Position numbers and translations under genes: made by a program
Notes under the pieces: generated by a model
Database searches by the model: none
The model's input: only the letters and a program-made list of their open reading frames with translations
Told to the model about the DNA's origin: nothing
Assembly (NCBI GenBank): GCA_938084645.1
Contig: CALKEP010000022.1
Span: 1 to 64,000 of the forward strand
Source: an uncultured Phycisphaerales bacterium
Lineage (GTDB): Bacteria; Planctomycetota; Phycisphaerae; Phycisphaerales; SM1A02
Direction of reading: 5' to 3'
DNA: 64,000 bases
Part shown: piece after piece, positions 21,601 through 29,963 of the stretch
How positions within the stretch are numbered: the stretch's first letter is position 1
Layout: each line of letters opens with the position of its first letter

Positions 21601-24600
21601 CAGCAACACCCTGCTGGTCCGGGCCACCCCCGATCAGTTCTCGGAGATCCGGGGCATCGTCGAGGGGATCGACGACGCGACGCTCAACGTCGCCCGCGAG
21701 CTCCGGACGGTGCCCATCGATCCGGGTCGCGGATCCGCCGAGGACATCGCCCGCATGTTGGAACGAATGCTGGATCGGGAGGGCGACGACCGAGTCCGGA
21801 TCGTTCCGATCGATGAACTCCTGAAGAAGTCGAAGGCCGCGGACGAACCCGGTCGCAAGGTGTCGTCCGCGGGGTTCGCCGGACCGCGAGGGGGCCTCAT
21901 GGGTTTCGCACGCGTCGCCATCGCGGGAATCGCCCTTGCGGCGAATCCCGTCGGACAGACGGCATCCGGTGCCGCCACGGAGCCACCGGCCCCCGTCGAG
22001 GAGGACGAGGCGGAGATCGTGATCGCGATCGATCCGGAGACCAACTCGCTGGTCATTCTCGGTTCGCCGCGTGAACTCGATCAGGTGGTCGAGCTCGCCG
22101 ACGAGGTCGAGGACACCCTCCCCGAGGAAGGCAGCATCATCCGCACGGTGCCGCTTCCCGCGGGCGTCGACGTTCGAAACGTCGCGTCGGTGGTCAACCA
22201 GACCATCCGGCAGCTCGTTCCGGCGGGCGGTCGCCCCGGTGATCTCGACCGGCGGACCACCGTCGTGCCCGACGTCACCAGCAACTCGTTGATCATCGCA
22301 TGTCGCGAGACGGACTTCGATCTTCTGGCGGAGCTGATCGCGTCGATCGCCCGGCCCGCGGACGCACCCGAAGTGGTCGTCCGCATCTACCGCCTGGACG
22401 AGATGAGCGCGGGTCGCGCCGCCAGCGGACTGGTCTCGCTGCTCCAGTCCCCCGGGAAGAACCGCTATCGGGAACTTTCGATCACGCTCGACGGTGACGG
22501 ACGGCGGGTCGAGGCCCGCTTCGATCCGACACTGATCCGCGCCGTGCCGGACGTCGAGGCGAACGCGCTCGTGGTCATGGCGCCGCGGGAGGCGATTCCC
22601 TTCGTCGACCGATACGTCGAGCTCGCGACGCAGTCGCCGAAGGCGGAACGCGCGACGTTGCGTCTCTTCCAGCTTCGATACGCCAGCGCCGTCGAACTCC
22701 AGCGAACGCTCCGGCAGATCTTCCAGACGAGATTCCGCAACATCCGGCGGAGTGGCGCCGCCACCGCGGCGGAACCCGACTTCGCGGTCGACGCCCGCAG
22801 CAACCAGCTGGTGGTGACCGCGAGCACCGAGGAGCTCGCGGAGGTCGAATCGCTGCTTTCGCAGCTCGACGTCGAAGACGGCCGGGAGCGGAATCCGCTC
22901 ACCGTGATCGAACTCGCGGCCGCGACCCCATCCGCTGCGGCGCGAATCCTCGACCAGGCGGTGATCGGTGGCGACGAGCGACTGCGGGCCACCACCCTGG
23001 TGCTGTCCGACGACGCTTCGGGCGTGCTCCTGGTGCGGGCGGACGCCCCCACGCTTGCGGAGATGCGGGACGTGCTCGAACGAATCGATCGGGAGGCGAC
23101 CAGTCGTTTCCCGGTCCGCACCATCGAGCTGGCCCGAGCCGACGCCGGCGAGGTCGCGGCCGCGGTTCAGGGGTTCTACGACGACCGCGCCCGGCTCTTC
23201 TCGACGGGCCGAGGTCGTCGCACCCAGTCCGCCGCGGTGGCCATCACCGGCCGCGCCGGGGGGGCGACGTTGCTGGTGGCCTGCGACGAACCGACCTTCG
23301 AGGAGGTTGCCCAGCTCGCGAAGACCTTCGACGAGAAGGACGGAAGCGCCGGATACGAGTACCGCATCTACGCGCTTCGAAACGCCCGGGCCAACGAGAT
23401 CAAGAACACCGTCGAATCCCTGGTGTCATCGCTCACGCGAAGCGATTCCGGTTTCGGTGGATTCGGCTTCCGCACCCGGAGTCGAGGCGACCAGGTCCGA
23501 AACGGACTCGGCACCATCGCGGTCGAGGTCGATGACCGCCTGAACGCGCTGATCGTCAGCGGGCAGGGGGATCGGTTCGATCTGGTCGAGGAACTCATCA
23601 ATTCGCTCGACGTCCCGACTCCGGACGACGAGCGACGGATCGTTCGCTACTACCGGGTCCCCGGGGCGGACGTCTCGCTGCTCGAAGAGGTGCTCTCCGA
23701 CGCGCTGGGCGGCGGAGAGACCGAATTCCGCTGGTGGCGGGACGACGACGACTCGACCGGGCCGAAGATCTTCGCCGACTCGCGTTCCGGGACGTTGTTC
23801 GTCGTGGGCAGCGAAGGGGAGCAGGCCAGCGTCGGCGCGATTCTCGACGACTTCTCGGGGCTGCTCGCGGACGGCGATTCGGTGGTGGAGGTCGTTCGCA
23901 CGGAGTTCGCCGATTCCGACGACGTGGCCCGCGCCGTCGGACGGTTCCTCCGAGAGCGGCGTCAGATCGCCGGCGCCTCCGCGACGGTGGTGGTCACCCC
24001 GATCGACGCCTCCGGCGCGATGATCGTCGCCGGTGCCGAGGACGACGTCCGGATGGTCAAGGATCTCGTGGCCCGAATCGACGCGCCCGACATGACCGGA
24101 TCGCGGTCGCTCGAGATCGTGGTGATCGAGCGCGGCGACGCCGCCGACATGGCGGCCCTGATCGGCGCCCAGTTCGACCGCCGCGGCGGCGACGGGGTGG
24201 TCATCACGCCCGACGCCCGGACCAACTCGGTCCTGGTCAACGCGCCCGCGTCCCTCTATCCGCAGATCGCGGCGTTGATCAAGCGACTCGACGCCCCCGA
24301 CGACACCACCGAGAGCGTGATCCGCACCTACAACCTGGAGGTCGCGGATGCCGGCGAGGCGAGCCGGATTCTCGAGGAGACGCTCCGACTCGACGAGAAC
24401 GGGCGAACCACCGGCATCTCGATCGCGATCGAGGATGATCCGGATGCCGCGCCGATCGAAGTCCAGGCCACGATCGTGGCCGACCGGAGGTCGAACTCGA
24501 TCGTCGTGACGGCGACCCGGCAGAGCCTGCCGGTCATCGAGTCGATTCTCGCCAAGCTCGAGGACGCACCCGCCCGAAGTCCCATCGAGTATCGGATCAT

Positions 24601-27600
24601 CCCCCTGGAGTTCGCGCCGGCGGTCGACGTGTCCTACACCCTGGACCGGCTGCTGCTCGCCCGCGGCATCGACTGGCAGGACGTCGCGGTCGACTACAAC
24701 CGATTCGAGAACCAGCTCATCGTCGGGGCGACGCCGGACCAGTTCGAGGTGATCGACACGATCCTCTCCGAGTTGGACGTGCCCGGCACCCGGACCCGGA
24801 AGACCGACTTCGTCGCCCTGCAGTTCGCGGACGCGATGAAACTCAAGGATGCGCTCGGGAATTTCTACGGTCCGTTCGCCCTCGAGGCGGACACGCCCGG
24901 AAAGCAGAACGTGCGGATCATCGCCGACGAGGCGACGAACAGCCTGGTGATCACCGCCGCGGATGCGGAATGGGCGGGCATCCTCGCGCTGGTCGACCAG
25001 CTCGACAGCGAGGAGTACGACGCCTCCCTCCAGCTCGCGGTGATTCCGCTCGTCTATGCGGACGCCCGAAGCGTCGCACGGGCGATCAACGACGCGTTCC
25101 GTCCTCAGGTCGAGGCGGCTCGGCGCAGTGGCCGAACGTCGAATCGCGAGGAGCCTCGGCAGGCCGACGGTGACCGCGCGGGACGGGATCGGGGCGAGCA
25201 GGCGCCGCCGGTCTTGATGCAGAGCGAGGAGTGGGTGAGCGCGAGCGCGGAGATCCAGACCAACTCGCTGGTGGTGTCGGCCAATCGTCAGAACCTCCAG
25301 AAGATCGAACGGATCATCTCCCAGCTCGACGTCGCCGAGTTCGTGCGCCTTCCGGCTCCGAGACTGATTCCGGTCGGCTCCGGCGACCCGGAGTCGCTGG
25401 CCGCCGCGCTCCGGACGATCTATCTCCCGGAAGGCCAGAACCGGGGCGGCACCCTCCGCATCGTGGGCGACCGGCCGTCCAACGCGGTCATCGTCCGGGC
25501 CGACGACGAGGAGTTCACCCAGATCCGGACGCTCGCGACGGCGCTGCAGCAGGAGTCGGATGTGAAGGGCGTGTCCGTCCGGGTGGTTCGACTCGAATCC
25601 GCGCCCGCGGCCCGGGTCGCCGAGTCGGTTCGCGCGGCCTATGCGACCAAGGCCTCCCAGGCGAAGGTTCCATTCTCGATCGACGTCGACCCCGTCGGAA
25701 ATGCGCTCGTGATCGCGTCGACCGGTCCGTTCTTCGACGAGGTCTCCGCGACGATCGGCGAAATGGACCGGCTTGCGCCGGCGGCCGGACAGGGGATCTT
25801 CCTGATCGACCTCGAGAACGTCCCCGCAAGCGTCGCGGAACGGGCGGTGAAGCGGATCGGGCTCGACAAGGCGCAGCCGGCGGACTCCACGTCGCGACTC
25901 GTGGTGGAGCCGATCAAGATCTCCACGGTGGAGGGGCGCAACGCCCTGTTGGTGGTGGCGAACCCCGCCGACCGCGAGACCGTGGTGGGGATCCTCAAGG
26001 CGATCGACGCCCAGCCGGAAGCCGATCTTGCGACCAACGAAGTCCGCGTGGTGCAGCTGCAGCAGGCGGAGGCCGCCGCGGTCGTCGCCCTCATCGATCA
26101 GGTGATCGACCCCGCGGGCGGCGGACCCGACGGCACCGCGATCGCGTCGGCGGTGAAGGAACAGATCCGTCGGCTGAACGTGGTCGGTGGTCGGGCCGCT
26201 CCGATCTCGCTCGACCTCGCGCGTCCGATCCGCGTCACCGCGGACGTCGCCGGCAACTCGATCCTCATCAGTTCCACGCCCGCGAACACGCGGGCCCTGG
26301 TGGAGGTCGCACGCCTCTTCGATCGGCTTCCGACCACCGAGGCCCTCACCGTCCAGATCTTCCCGCTCGAGAACATGGCCGCGGATCGGTTCGTGGGGAT
26401 CGTCGAGGATCTCTTCGAGCAGGGCCGCGACCTCGCGGTGCTGCCGGGTTCCGACATCCCGGCGATGCCGGAAGGGGCGATCGGGGAATCGCTCACGGCG
26501 CGTGCGGCCCTGACCGTCGATGAACGGACCAACACCGTGATCGCGGTGGGCAAGGAGTCCGCGGTCGCCTTCGTCGAGGTGATGGTCGGCAAGCTCGACT
26601 CCGAGGTGGGGACGGGCTGGGTGGAGGCCCGGGTGATCCCGTTGAAGTACGCGGACGCCGGCGACCTCGCCGACTTCGTGCAGGCGGCGGTGGTCGAAGG
26701 CCAGACCGACATCCCCGGCGGAACCCCCATGCAGACGCAGGTCGCCCGGATGCGGGCGATGCGGCTTGGTGGGGACCGGGCCGTGGAGAGCGACGTCTTC
26801 GTCCCGCTGTCCCGCCTCATGGTCAAGGCGGATCCCCAGTTGAACGCCCTCGTGGTGGTGGCGAGCCCGCCCAACCTCGCGCTGGTCGAGGAACTGGTCG
26901 CGATGCTCGACATCGAAGCCGCGGCGCCCGGCGCGGCGGTTCGCATCTACGCCGTCGAGCACGGGTCGTCGGAACGGATCACCACCGTGATCCGGCAGCT
27001 CTTCGAGCAGCAGTATCGTTCGGGCCTGATTCGCGACGAGGATCGGATCAAGGCCGTCCCCGACGTCCGCACGAACTCGATCGTGGTGTCGACGAGCGGC
27101 CGAAGCTTCGAACTCTTCGAGGATCTGCTGGCCCGGCTCGACGTCGAGGTGCCGGTCGATTTCCGCGAGATCCGGATCATCGAGCTCGTCAATTCGAGCG
27201 CGTCCCGGCTCGCGCCGATGATCCAGTCGTTGATGGACGCCCGTCTCGATCGACTTCGTCGGGTGCAGCCCGAGACGGCCGAGCTCGAGCAGGCCGTGAT
27301 CATGTCCGACGATCGCTCGAACTCGCTGATCGTCGCCGCCGGCAACGACACCTTCGACGTGGTGGAGCGGCTCGCCTCGGATCTGGACCTCGACTCGATC
27401 GGCGATGCCGCCGACATCCGCGTGGTTCCGGTGACCCGGGGCGGACTGGAGCGGGTGGCGAGGGCCGTCGAGCAGGTGATGGAACGTCGATACGCGGATC
27501 TTCCCGCCGACGTCGCCCGCCGGCAGCGACCGCTGGTGATCACCGATCCCCGGACCAACTCGCTGCTGGTCGCGGCCAGTCCGGAGGATCGTCGTTCGAT

Positions 27601-29956
27601 CGAGGATCTCGTGGAACGGCTTTCCGAGACACCGATGAACTCCGCGGTCGAGATCGAAGTGCTCACGCTCGACTCGGGGTCGGCCCGCGAGATGGCACCG
27701 AGACTCGAATCCCTGATGCGGGACCGCATGCAGAGTCTCGGCGAGGCCGAGGGTCCGAGCGACCGGGTCTCGATCGAGCCGTTGGAGGGAAGCAATTCGT
27801 TGATCGTGGCCGCGAGTCGCGAGAACCAGGTGGTGGTCCGGGATCTCGTCGACGTCCTGATGCAGGCGCAGTCCGATCGCATCGGCGGACACGGCCTCGA
27901 GATCATTCCGGTCGCCCGCAACCGGGCGTCGGATCTCGTCGATCTCGTCGAAGACCTCTACGTCGAGAGCGAGAATCGCCGCCGGGGCGAGGAGGTCGTG
28001 CGGGTCAACGCCGACGACCGCATCAACGCGATCCTCGCGACCGGCACGCCTGCGGACATCGAGGCGATCCGCGACCTGGTCTCGCGGCTTGATTCCGAGC
28101 AGCCCGGTGCGATCGTCGAAGTGAAGTACGTTCCGCTGGCGTCGGCCAACGTCCTGGAGACGGTCGCCCTGATCGAGAGCGTGCTCGACGGTGGCGGCGG
28201 TCGTCGCGGACGGGCCGGACAGCGGGGGACCGTGATGCGGTACCTCAAGGAGATGGAAGGCGTCGAGCCGGGAGACGACCCCGACCGCATGGAGGTGGAG
28301 GTCTCGAGCGCGATCCGTGATTCGATCGCCCTCACGCCCGACGTGCGGACCAACACCGTGATCGTCTCCGCCCCGCGGGACTCGATGGCCCTCATCGAAC
28401 GGATGATCCGCGACCTGGACACCAGCTCCACCGGCTCGAAGCGGATCGAGGTCTTCAAGTTGCAGAACGCGGATGCGGACGCGATGGCGGAGATCCTCAC
28501 CGAGCTCTTCCAGCTCCGGCAGCAGGGAAGCCTCTACGTGCTCAAGCCTCGGGAGGACATCGCGGCGGTCGGCGAGGTCACGGACCTGCCGGGCGGCGAC
28601 GTCGAGACCGAGATGTTCGGCACCGATCTCACGATGGTCCCGGACGAGCGGCAGGCGTTGTCGATCACCGTCGACAGCCGGACCAACGCGTTGATCGTCT
28701 CCGGCACGCCGAAGTACCTCGAGCTGGTCGGCGAGGTGGTCGCGGAGCTCGACGCCGAGGAGGCCAACGAGCGGCAGACGCTGGTGTATCCGCTGCGGAA
28801 CGCGGAAGCCGGCGAGGTGGCCCGGGTGGTCAGTGAGTTCGTGAGCGAGGATCAGCGGAAGCTGGTCGAGACCTTGAACTCCGATCAGCTCCCGTCCGCC
28901 GCGAGGCTCCTCGAACGCGAGGTGACCATCGTCGGTGACGTCAAGAGCAACGCGGTCCTGGTCAACGCCTCGCCGCGGTACATGGAACAGGTCGAGTCGA
29001 TCATCAAGGAGCTCGACGTCGATCCCCCGCAGGTCCTGATCCAGGTCATGCTCGCCGAGATCACCCTCGACGACGACTCGGACTTCGGGGTCACCCTCAA
29101 CGAGAAGGTCGGGGTGGTGCCGCTCCGGACCTCCGGTTCGGTGCGTTACAGCAGCACCGACGTCATCGGGGCGTTCAGCCAGCCGGTGTCGGGTTCCTTC
29201 TCGGTGGGCTTCAACGATCTCAATCTCGTCCTCAGCGCGATGTACGCCCAGGGACGGTTGCAGCTGCTCTCGAACCCCTCGATCACGGTGGCGAACAACG
29301 AGGAGGGTCGGATCCAGGTCGGTCAGGAGATCCGGCTTCCGGATTCGATCGCGACCTTCGACACCGGCACCCAGAGCACGACCGTGCAGGCGCAGGACGT
29401 CGGCATCATCCTCGAGGTCAAGCCCTCCATCAATCCCGACGGCTTCGTGCGGATGGACATCCGGCCCACGATCTCGAGGTTGAGCGAGAAGACGACGGAC
29501 ATCAGCGAGACGTTCCGCAGCCCGATCATCATCAAGCGGACCGCGGACACCACCGTCACGGTCAAGGACGGGGAGACCGTGGTCATCGGCGGGCTGATCG
29601 AGGAGAACAGCGAGCGCCGCGACATGAAGATCCCGTTGCTTGGTGACATCCCCCTGATCGGTGGACTGTTCCGTTCGGAGTCCGAGGTTCGGCGGCGGAC
29701 GGAGCTGTTGATCGTCCTCACCCCGCGGGTGGTCAGCAACACCGACATGGGCGAGGGATCGCTTCGTGACTTCACGGATACACTGGTCGAGGAACTTCCG
29801 CTTCCCGAGAAGATCCGTCGCCAGATCCGCGGTGGCCGCCTCGAAGGCGGAGACAGCGAACTCGGAGCATCCTTCGAGCCGATCGAGACGTCCGAGGACG
29901 CCGATGAATCCACGGAGGCGGAAGCGCCCTCCGAGTCGACGGAAGACGAGGCCTGA
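15632..29956 (+). CDS. gspD: Giant GspD-type secretin (~4,774 aa): signal peptide, N0, ~52 Secretin_N repeats, secretin barrel, acidic tail
   Basis: GGAG SD and signal peptide; N0 motif VRFNFKGQTWDQVLDYFS; repeated beta-alpha...D.RTN.LIV...LD units; C-terminal QVLIQVMLAEI, NPSITVANNEEGRIQVG, VKDGETVVIGGL, KIPLLGDIPLIGGLFRS, TELLIVLTPRVV. Confidence 0.93.
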   Translation: MTKIRNRVRWSMFLTVLLGPWCGVAEAVAQADPEPPRPVLGDDGVPQVRFNFKGQTWDQVLDYFSRVTGLPIVRDAEVPAGTVDYINPSPYPLPQALETLNLLLQTRGLVLRDENGRLVLEKLDQIKKENIPTYIGELPDDVTADTLVTVIVPLVNATAASVSEQLKEMVADYGMVVALPQQNSLLLVETAANARRIQLIVDELDREDVENQVEQIPLRYSKATELLPTLLKLMSERVIKTVTKGKAKVQVEEDVMPAGFRITADERTNTIIARGTPRRLERLRAAIALLDAEKLESMMTMRTVQLDRLTVAEAKAKLDQLFAGVPKENQPTYVVLDDTNRITISADSALLEQATRFLADLEQEGVGTPGEGDSVVLLPLAHATPDAAIAACRAVFTPRQAAVLKLVPGPDGRSLVAAGPVGDLESVRKTIVLIDRPARGDREVRYLVIDATDPETAFARATRIFEAGQEADPTLDVVTDFDPATRRLVIEGPRESLDRFEKAIDSAKASIKPEMMVRQFTVESTPPSRLVRSMTTLSRAMLKPQDGSVYVPPTFEAVDELDLLVVTATADQFVAIDGLLRTLDRPQPGDVTYRVIRIGTIAGDALLEKAMSAFDRKAALLPDGELVRPEVMVDAASGVFEVLGSTASVQSFERALAEARQLLPPEPVARMIPIRQARAAEIVAPLQQMIDRTVAIGDGRVIAPPTIEVVNPTNSLWVRGDAAQVRTIEEFVRALDVFEPSDMPPLRMLQLSGSDAVQIARLLTTRYDARPNDIRREQPVRIEADAATNTLVVTAHEAVFVEMKEFVESLNRNTETEAERETMIFPLRLARAVDLAKALGTLYPEPPMPLDSRGRPLPHLRQPREVFVSADAGTNTLIIEAPSGRRSSFEQLVQQLDRIELPPQATLKTWNIDRGEGSEIASTLQNLARQGVLSRPGTNGEKAVEVTVQFEPRSRTLIVAGDDFTFAKVDEILADLEAVPVTRALRVIEITTGDVTEISGRATRLFEEQTEGDPDFTGVEVEVDAVNGTILAVGEDASLNRFTQIVAQLESAQASPPDIRLISLRHGEATEIATMIVELLGNELAMATLGGPAPVIEALPQVNAILVAAEPREHEIIRQIVDTIDTADEALPPIRILQVRTADAVNLANALGQTYERRSNEEKAEKPVRISADVATNALIVAAHPDLLEEIRAIVTDLNDADRLDAEGREIRIFPLRVALAEDLAKTIDQMYPEPPMPRDSRGRPRPDLQQAREVVVRANPQMNALIVDAPIQRMAGFEKLVQQLDQTQIVDETEIRTWKLPTVELEAAARTLRELADGGHLGGGDRGLAGSISISIDSASDTLLVSGPTAIFDRVGQVVDSLESGPVVPTTTLRTFRLVQARADSVVPMLREILVARMIETSGQPDREIDRLLTVTADRKTNTVIISAPEVVMPVAEQLIKTLDSSAQVVGDPTVRVRPLMFADAAVVAAALQQALPSMTSPATGDAMEVKVIPAAGSNALLLVGVPEEIEEVEVLIEPLDARPATDAMDARTFELAHADAVRIAPIVQKLLDDQQSNDPRVLMERIRRSRGAINITPTVRVEADPRTNSLIVSGPQPAVNLAENLIEKLDRPDVDADLVYTTFTPARADAAKITATAQTVLDRTRPGGLRSTLELLAEPETNSVLVVGTREETERAVALLSEWDAQIPVLPPVDFKIITMRNASADAVAAVIAPVLRDRTRWPAALRDAARAGLVISEPSVTADASSNRILVSAPAELQTIASTLARELDQVDAGGSMEVRVYPVPSGGAADMAEALQKSLDAASDARPGEARPVVASAGRSDSIVVTASPRLQEIVARQLSAMASSGGGVQVRTIFLAHASAARIAPLVESLLAEESMLQPRDLPSWMRAELMMARARGQVSEEPPIRVLPDDRLNAVIVTGPLAALNAAEQLVGQLDVAAPGGGGRSIRVLEVRNADARELATTLDELFAVADDGESPPAIRVNASSNTLLVRATPDQFSEIRGIVEGIDDATLNVARELRTVPIDPGRGSAEDIARMLERMLDREGDDRVRIVPIDELLKKSKAADEPGRKVSSAGFAGPRGGLMGFARVAIAGIALAANPVGQTASGAATEPPAPVEEDEAEIVIAIDPETNSLVILGSPRELDQVVELADEVEDTLPEEGSIIRTVPLPAGVDVRNVASVVNQTIRQLVPAGGRPGDLDRRTTVVPDVTSNSLIIACRETDFDLLAELIASIARPADAPEVVVRIYRLDEMSAGRAASGLVSLLQSPGKNRYRELSITLDGDGRRVEARFDPTLIRAVPDVEANALVVMAPREAIPFVDRYVELATQSPKAERATLRLFQLRYASAVELQRTLRQIFQTRFRNIRRSGAATAAEPDFAVDARSNQLVVTASTEELAEVESLLSQLDVEDGRERNPLTVIELAAATPSAAARILDQAVIGGDERLRATTLVLSDDASGVLLVRADAPTLAEMRDVLERIDREATSRFPVRTIELARADAGEVAAAVQGFYDDRARLFSTGRGRRTQSAAVAITGRAGGATLLVACDEPTFEEVAQLAKTFDEKDGSAGYEYRIYALRNARANEIKNTVESLVSSLTRSDSGFGGFGFRTRSRGDQVRNGLGTIAVEVDDRLNALIVSGQGDRFDLVEELINSLDVPTPDDERRIVRYYRVPGADVSLLEEVLSDALGGGETEFRWWRDDDDSTGPKIFADSRSGTLFVVGSEGEQASVGAILDDFSGLLADGDSVVEVVRTEFADSDDVARAVGRFLRERRQIAGASATVVVTPIDASGAMIVAGAEDDVRMVKDLVARIDAPDMTGSRSLEIVVIERGDAADMAALIGAQFDRRGGDGVVITPDARTNSVLVNAPASLYPQIAALIKRLDAPDDTTESVIRTYNLEVADAGEASRILEETLRLDENGRTTGISIAIEDDPDAAPIEVQATIVADRRSNSIVVTATRQSLPVIESILAKLEDAPARSPIEYRIIPLEFAPAVDVSYTLDRLLLARGIDWQDVAVDYNRFENQLIVGATPDQFEVIDTILSELDVPGTRTRKTDFVALQFADAMKLKDALGNFYGPFALEADTPGKQNVRIIADEATNSLVITAADAEWAGILALVDQLDSEEYDASLQLAVIPLVYADARSVARAINDAFRPQVEAARRSGRTSNREEPRQADGDRAGRDRGEQAPPVLMQSEEWVSASAEIQTNSLVVSANRQNLQKIERIISQLDVAEFVRLPAPRLIPVGSGDPESLAAALRTIYLPEGQNRGGTLRIVGDRPSNAVIVRADDEEFTQIRTLATALQQESDVKGVSVRVVRLESAPAARVAESVRAAYATKASQAKVPFSIDVDPVGNALVIASTGPFFDEVSATIGEMDRLAPAAGQGIFLIDLENVPASVAERAVKRIGLDKAQPADSTSRLVVEPIKISTVEGRNALLVVANPADRETVVGILKAIDAQPEADLATNEVRVVQLQQAEAAAVVALIDQVIDPAGGGPDGTAIASAVKEQIRRLNVVGGRAAPISLDLARPIRVTADVAGNSILISSTPANTRALVEVARLFDRLPTTEALTVQIFPLENMAADRFVGIVEDLFEQGRDLAVLPGSDIPAMPEGAIGESLTARAALTVDERTNTVIAVGKESAVAFVEVMVGKLDSEVGTGWVEARVIPLKYADAGDLADFVQAAVVEGQTDIPGGTPMQTQVARMRAMRLGGDRAVESDVFVPLSRLMVKADPQLNALVVVASPPNLALVEELVAMLDIEAAAPGAAVRIYAVEHGSSERITTVIRQLFEQQYRSGLIRDEDRIKAVPDVRTNSIVVSTSGRSFELFEDLLARLDVEVPVDFREIRIIELVNSSASRLAPMIQSLMDARLDRLRRVQPETAELEQAVIMSDDRSNSLIVAAGNDTFDVVERLASDLDLDSIGDAADIRVVPVTRGGLERVARAVEQVMERRYADLPADVARRQRPLVITDPRTNSLLVAASPEDRRSIEDLVERLSETPMNSAVEIEVLTLDSGSAREMAPRLESLMRDRMQSLGEAEGPSDRVSIEPLEGSNSLIVAASRENQVVVRDLVDVLMQAQSDRIGGHGLEIIPVARNRASDLVDLVEDLYVESENRRRGEEVVRVNADDRINAILATGTPADIEAIRDLVSRLDSEQPGAIVEVKYVPLASANVLETVALIESVLDGGGGRRGRAGQRGTVMRYLKEMEGVEPGDDPDRMEVEVSSAIRDSIALTPDVRTNTVIVSAPRDSMALIERMIRDLDTSSTGSKRIEVFKLQNADADAMAEILTELFQLRQQGSLYVLKPREDIAAVGEVTDLPGGDVETEMFGTDLTMVPDERQALSITVDSRTNALIVSGTPKYLELVGEVVAELDAEEANERQTLVYPLRNAEAGEVARVVSEFVSEDQRKLVETLNSDQLPSAARLLEREVTIVGDVKSNAVLVNASPRYMEQVESIIKELDVDPPQVLIQVMLAEITLDDDSDFGVTLNEKVGVVPLRTSGSVRYSSTDVIGAFSQPVSGSFSVGFNDLNLVLSAMYAQGRLQLLSNPSITVANNEEGRIQVGQEIRLPDSIATFDTGTQSTTVQAQDVGIILEVKPSINPDGFVRMDIRPTISRLSEKTTDISETFRSPIIIKRTADTTVTVKDGETVVIGGLIEENSERRDMKIPLLGDIPLIGGLFRSESEVRRRTELLIVLTPRVVSNTDMGEGSLRDFTDTLVEELPLPEKIRRQIRGGRLEGGDSELGASFEPIETSEDADESTEAEAPSESTEDEA
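16070..29029 (+). repeat. Array of about 52 degenerate KH-like Secretin_N domain repeats (65-145 aa each)
   Basis: Manual parsing of the translation into units [R/T]x[I/V]xL..A.A..(helix)..[A/P]D..[T/S]N.LIV..(helix)..LD; count is approximate. Confidence 0.85.
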
Positions 29957-29963
29957 GATCCAC

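Noticed and set aside
15560..27892. Very long antisense ORFs (1,885 aa at 15560-21217 and 1,488 aa at 23426-27892)
   Set aside because: Shadow frames of the secretin gene, expected from high-GC codon bias; Arg/Gly/His-rich with no recognisable motifs
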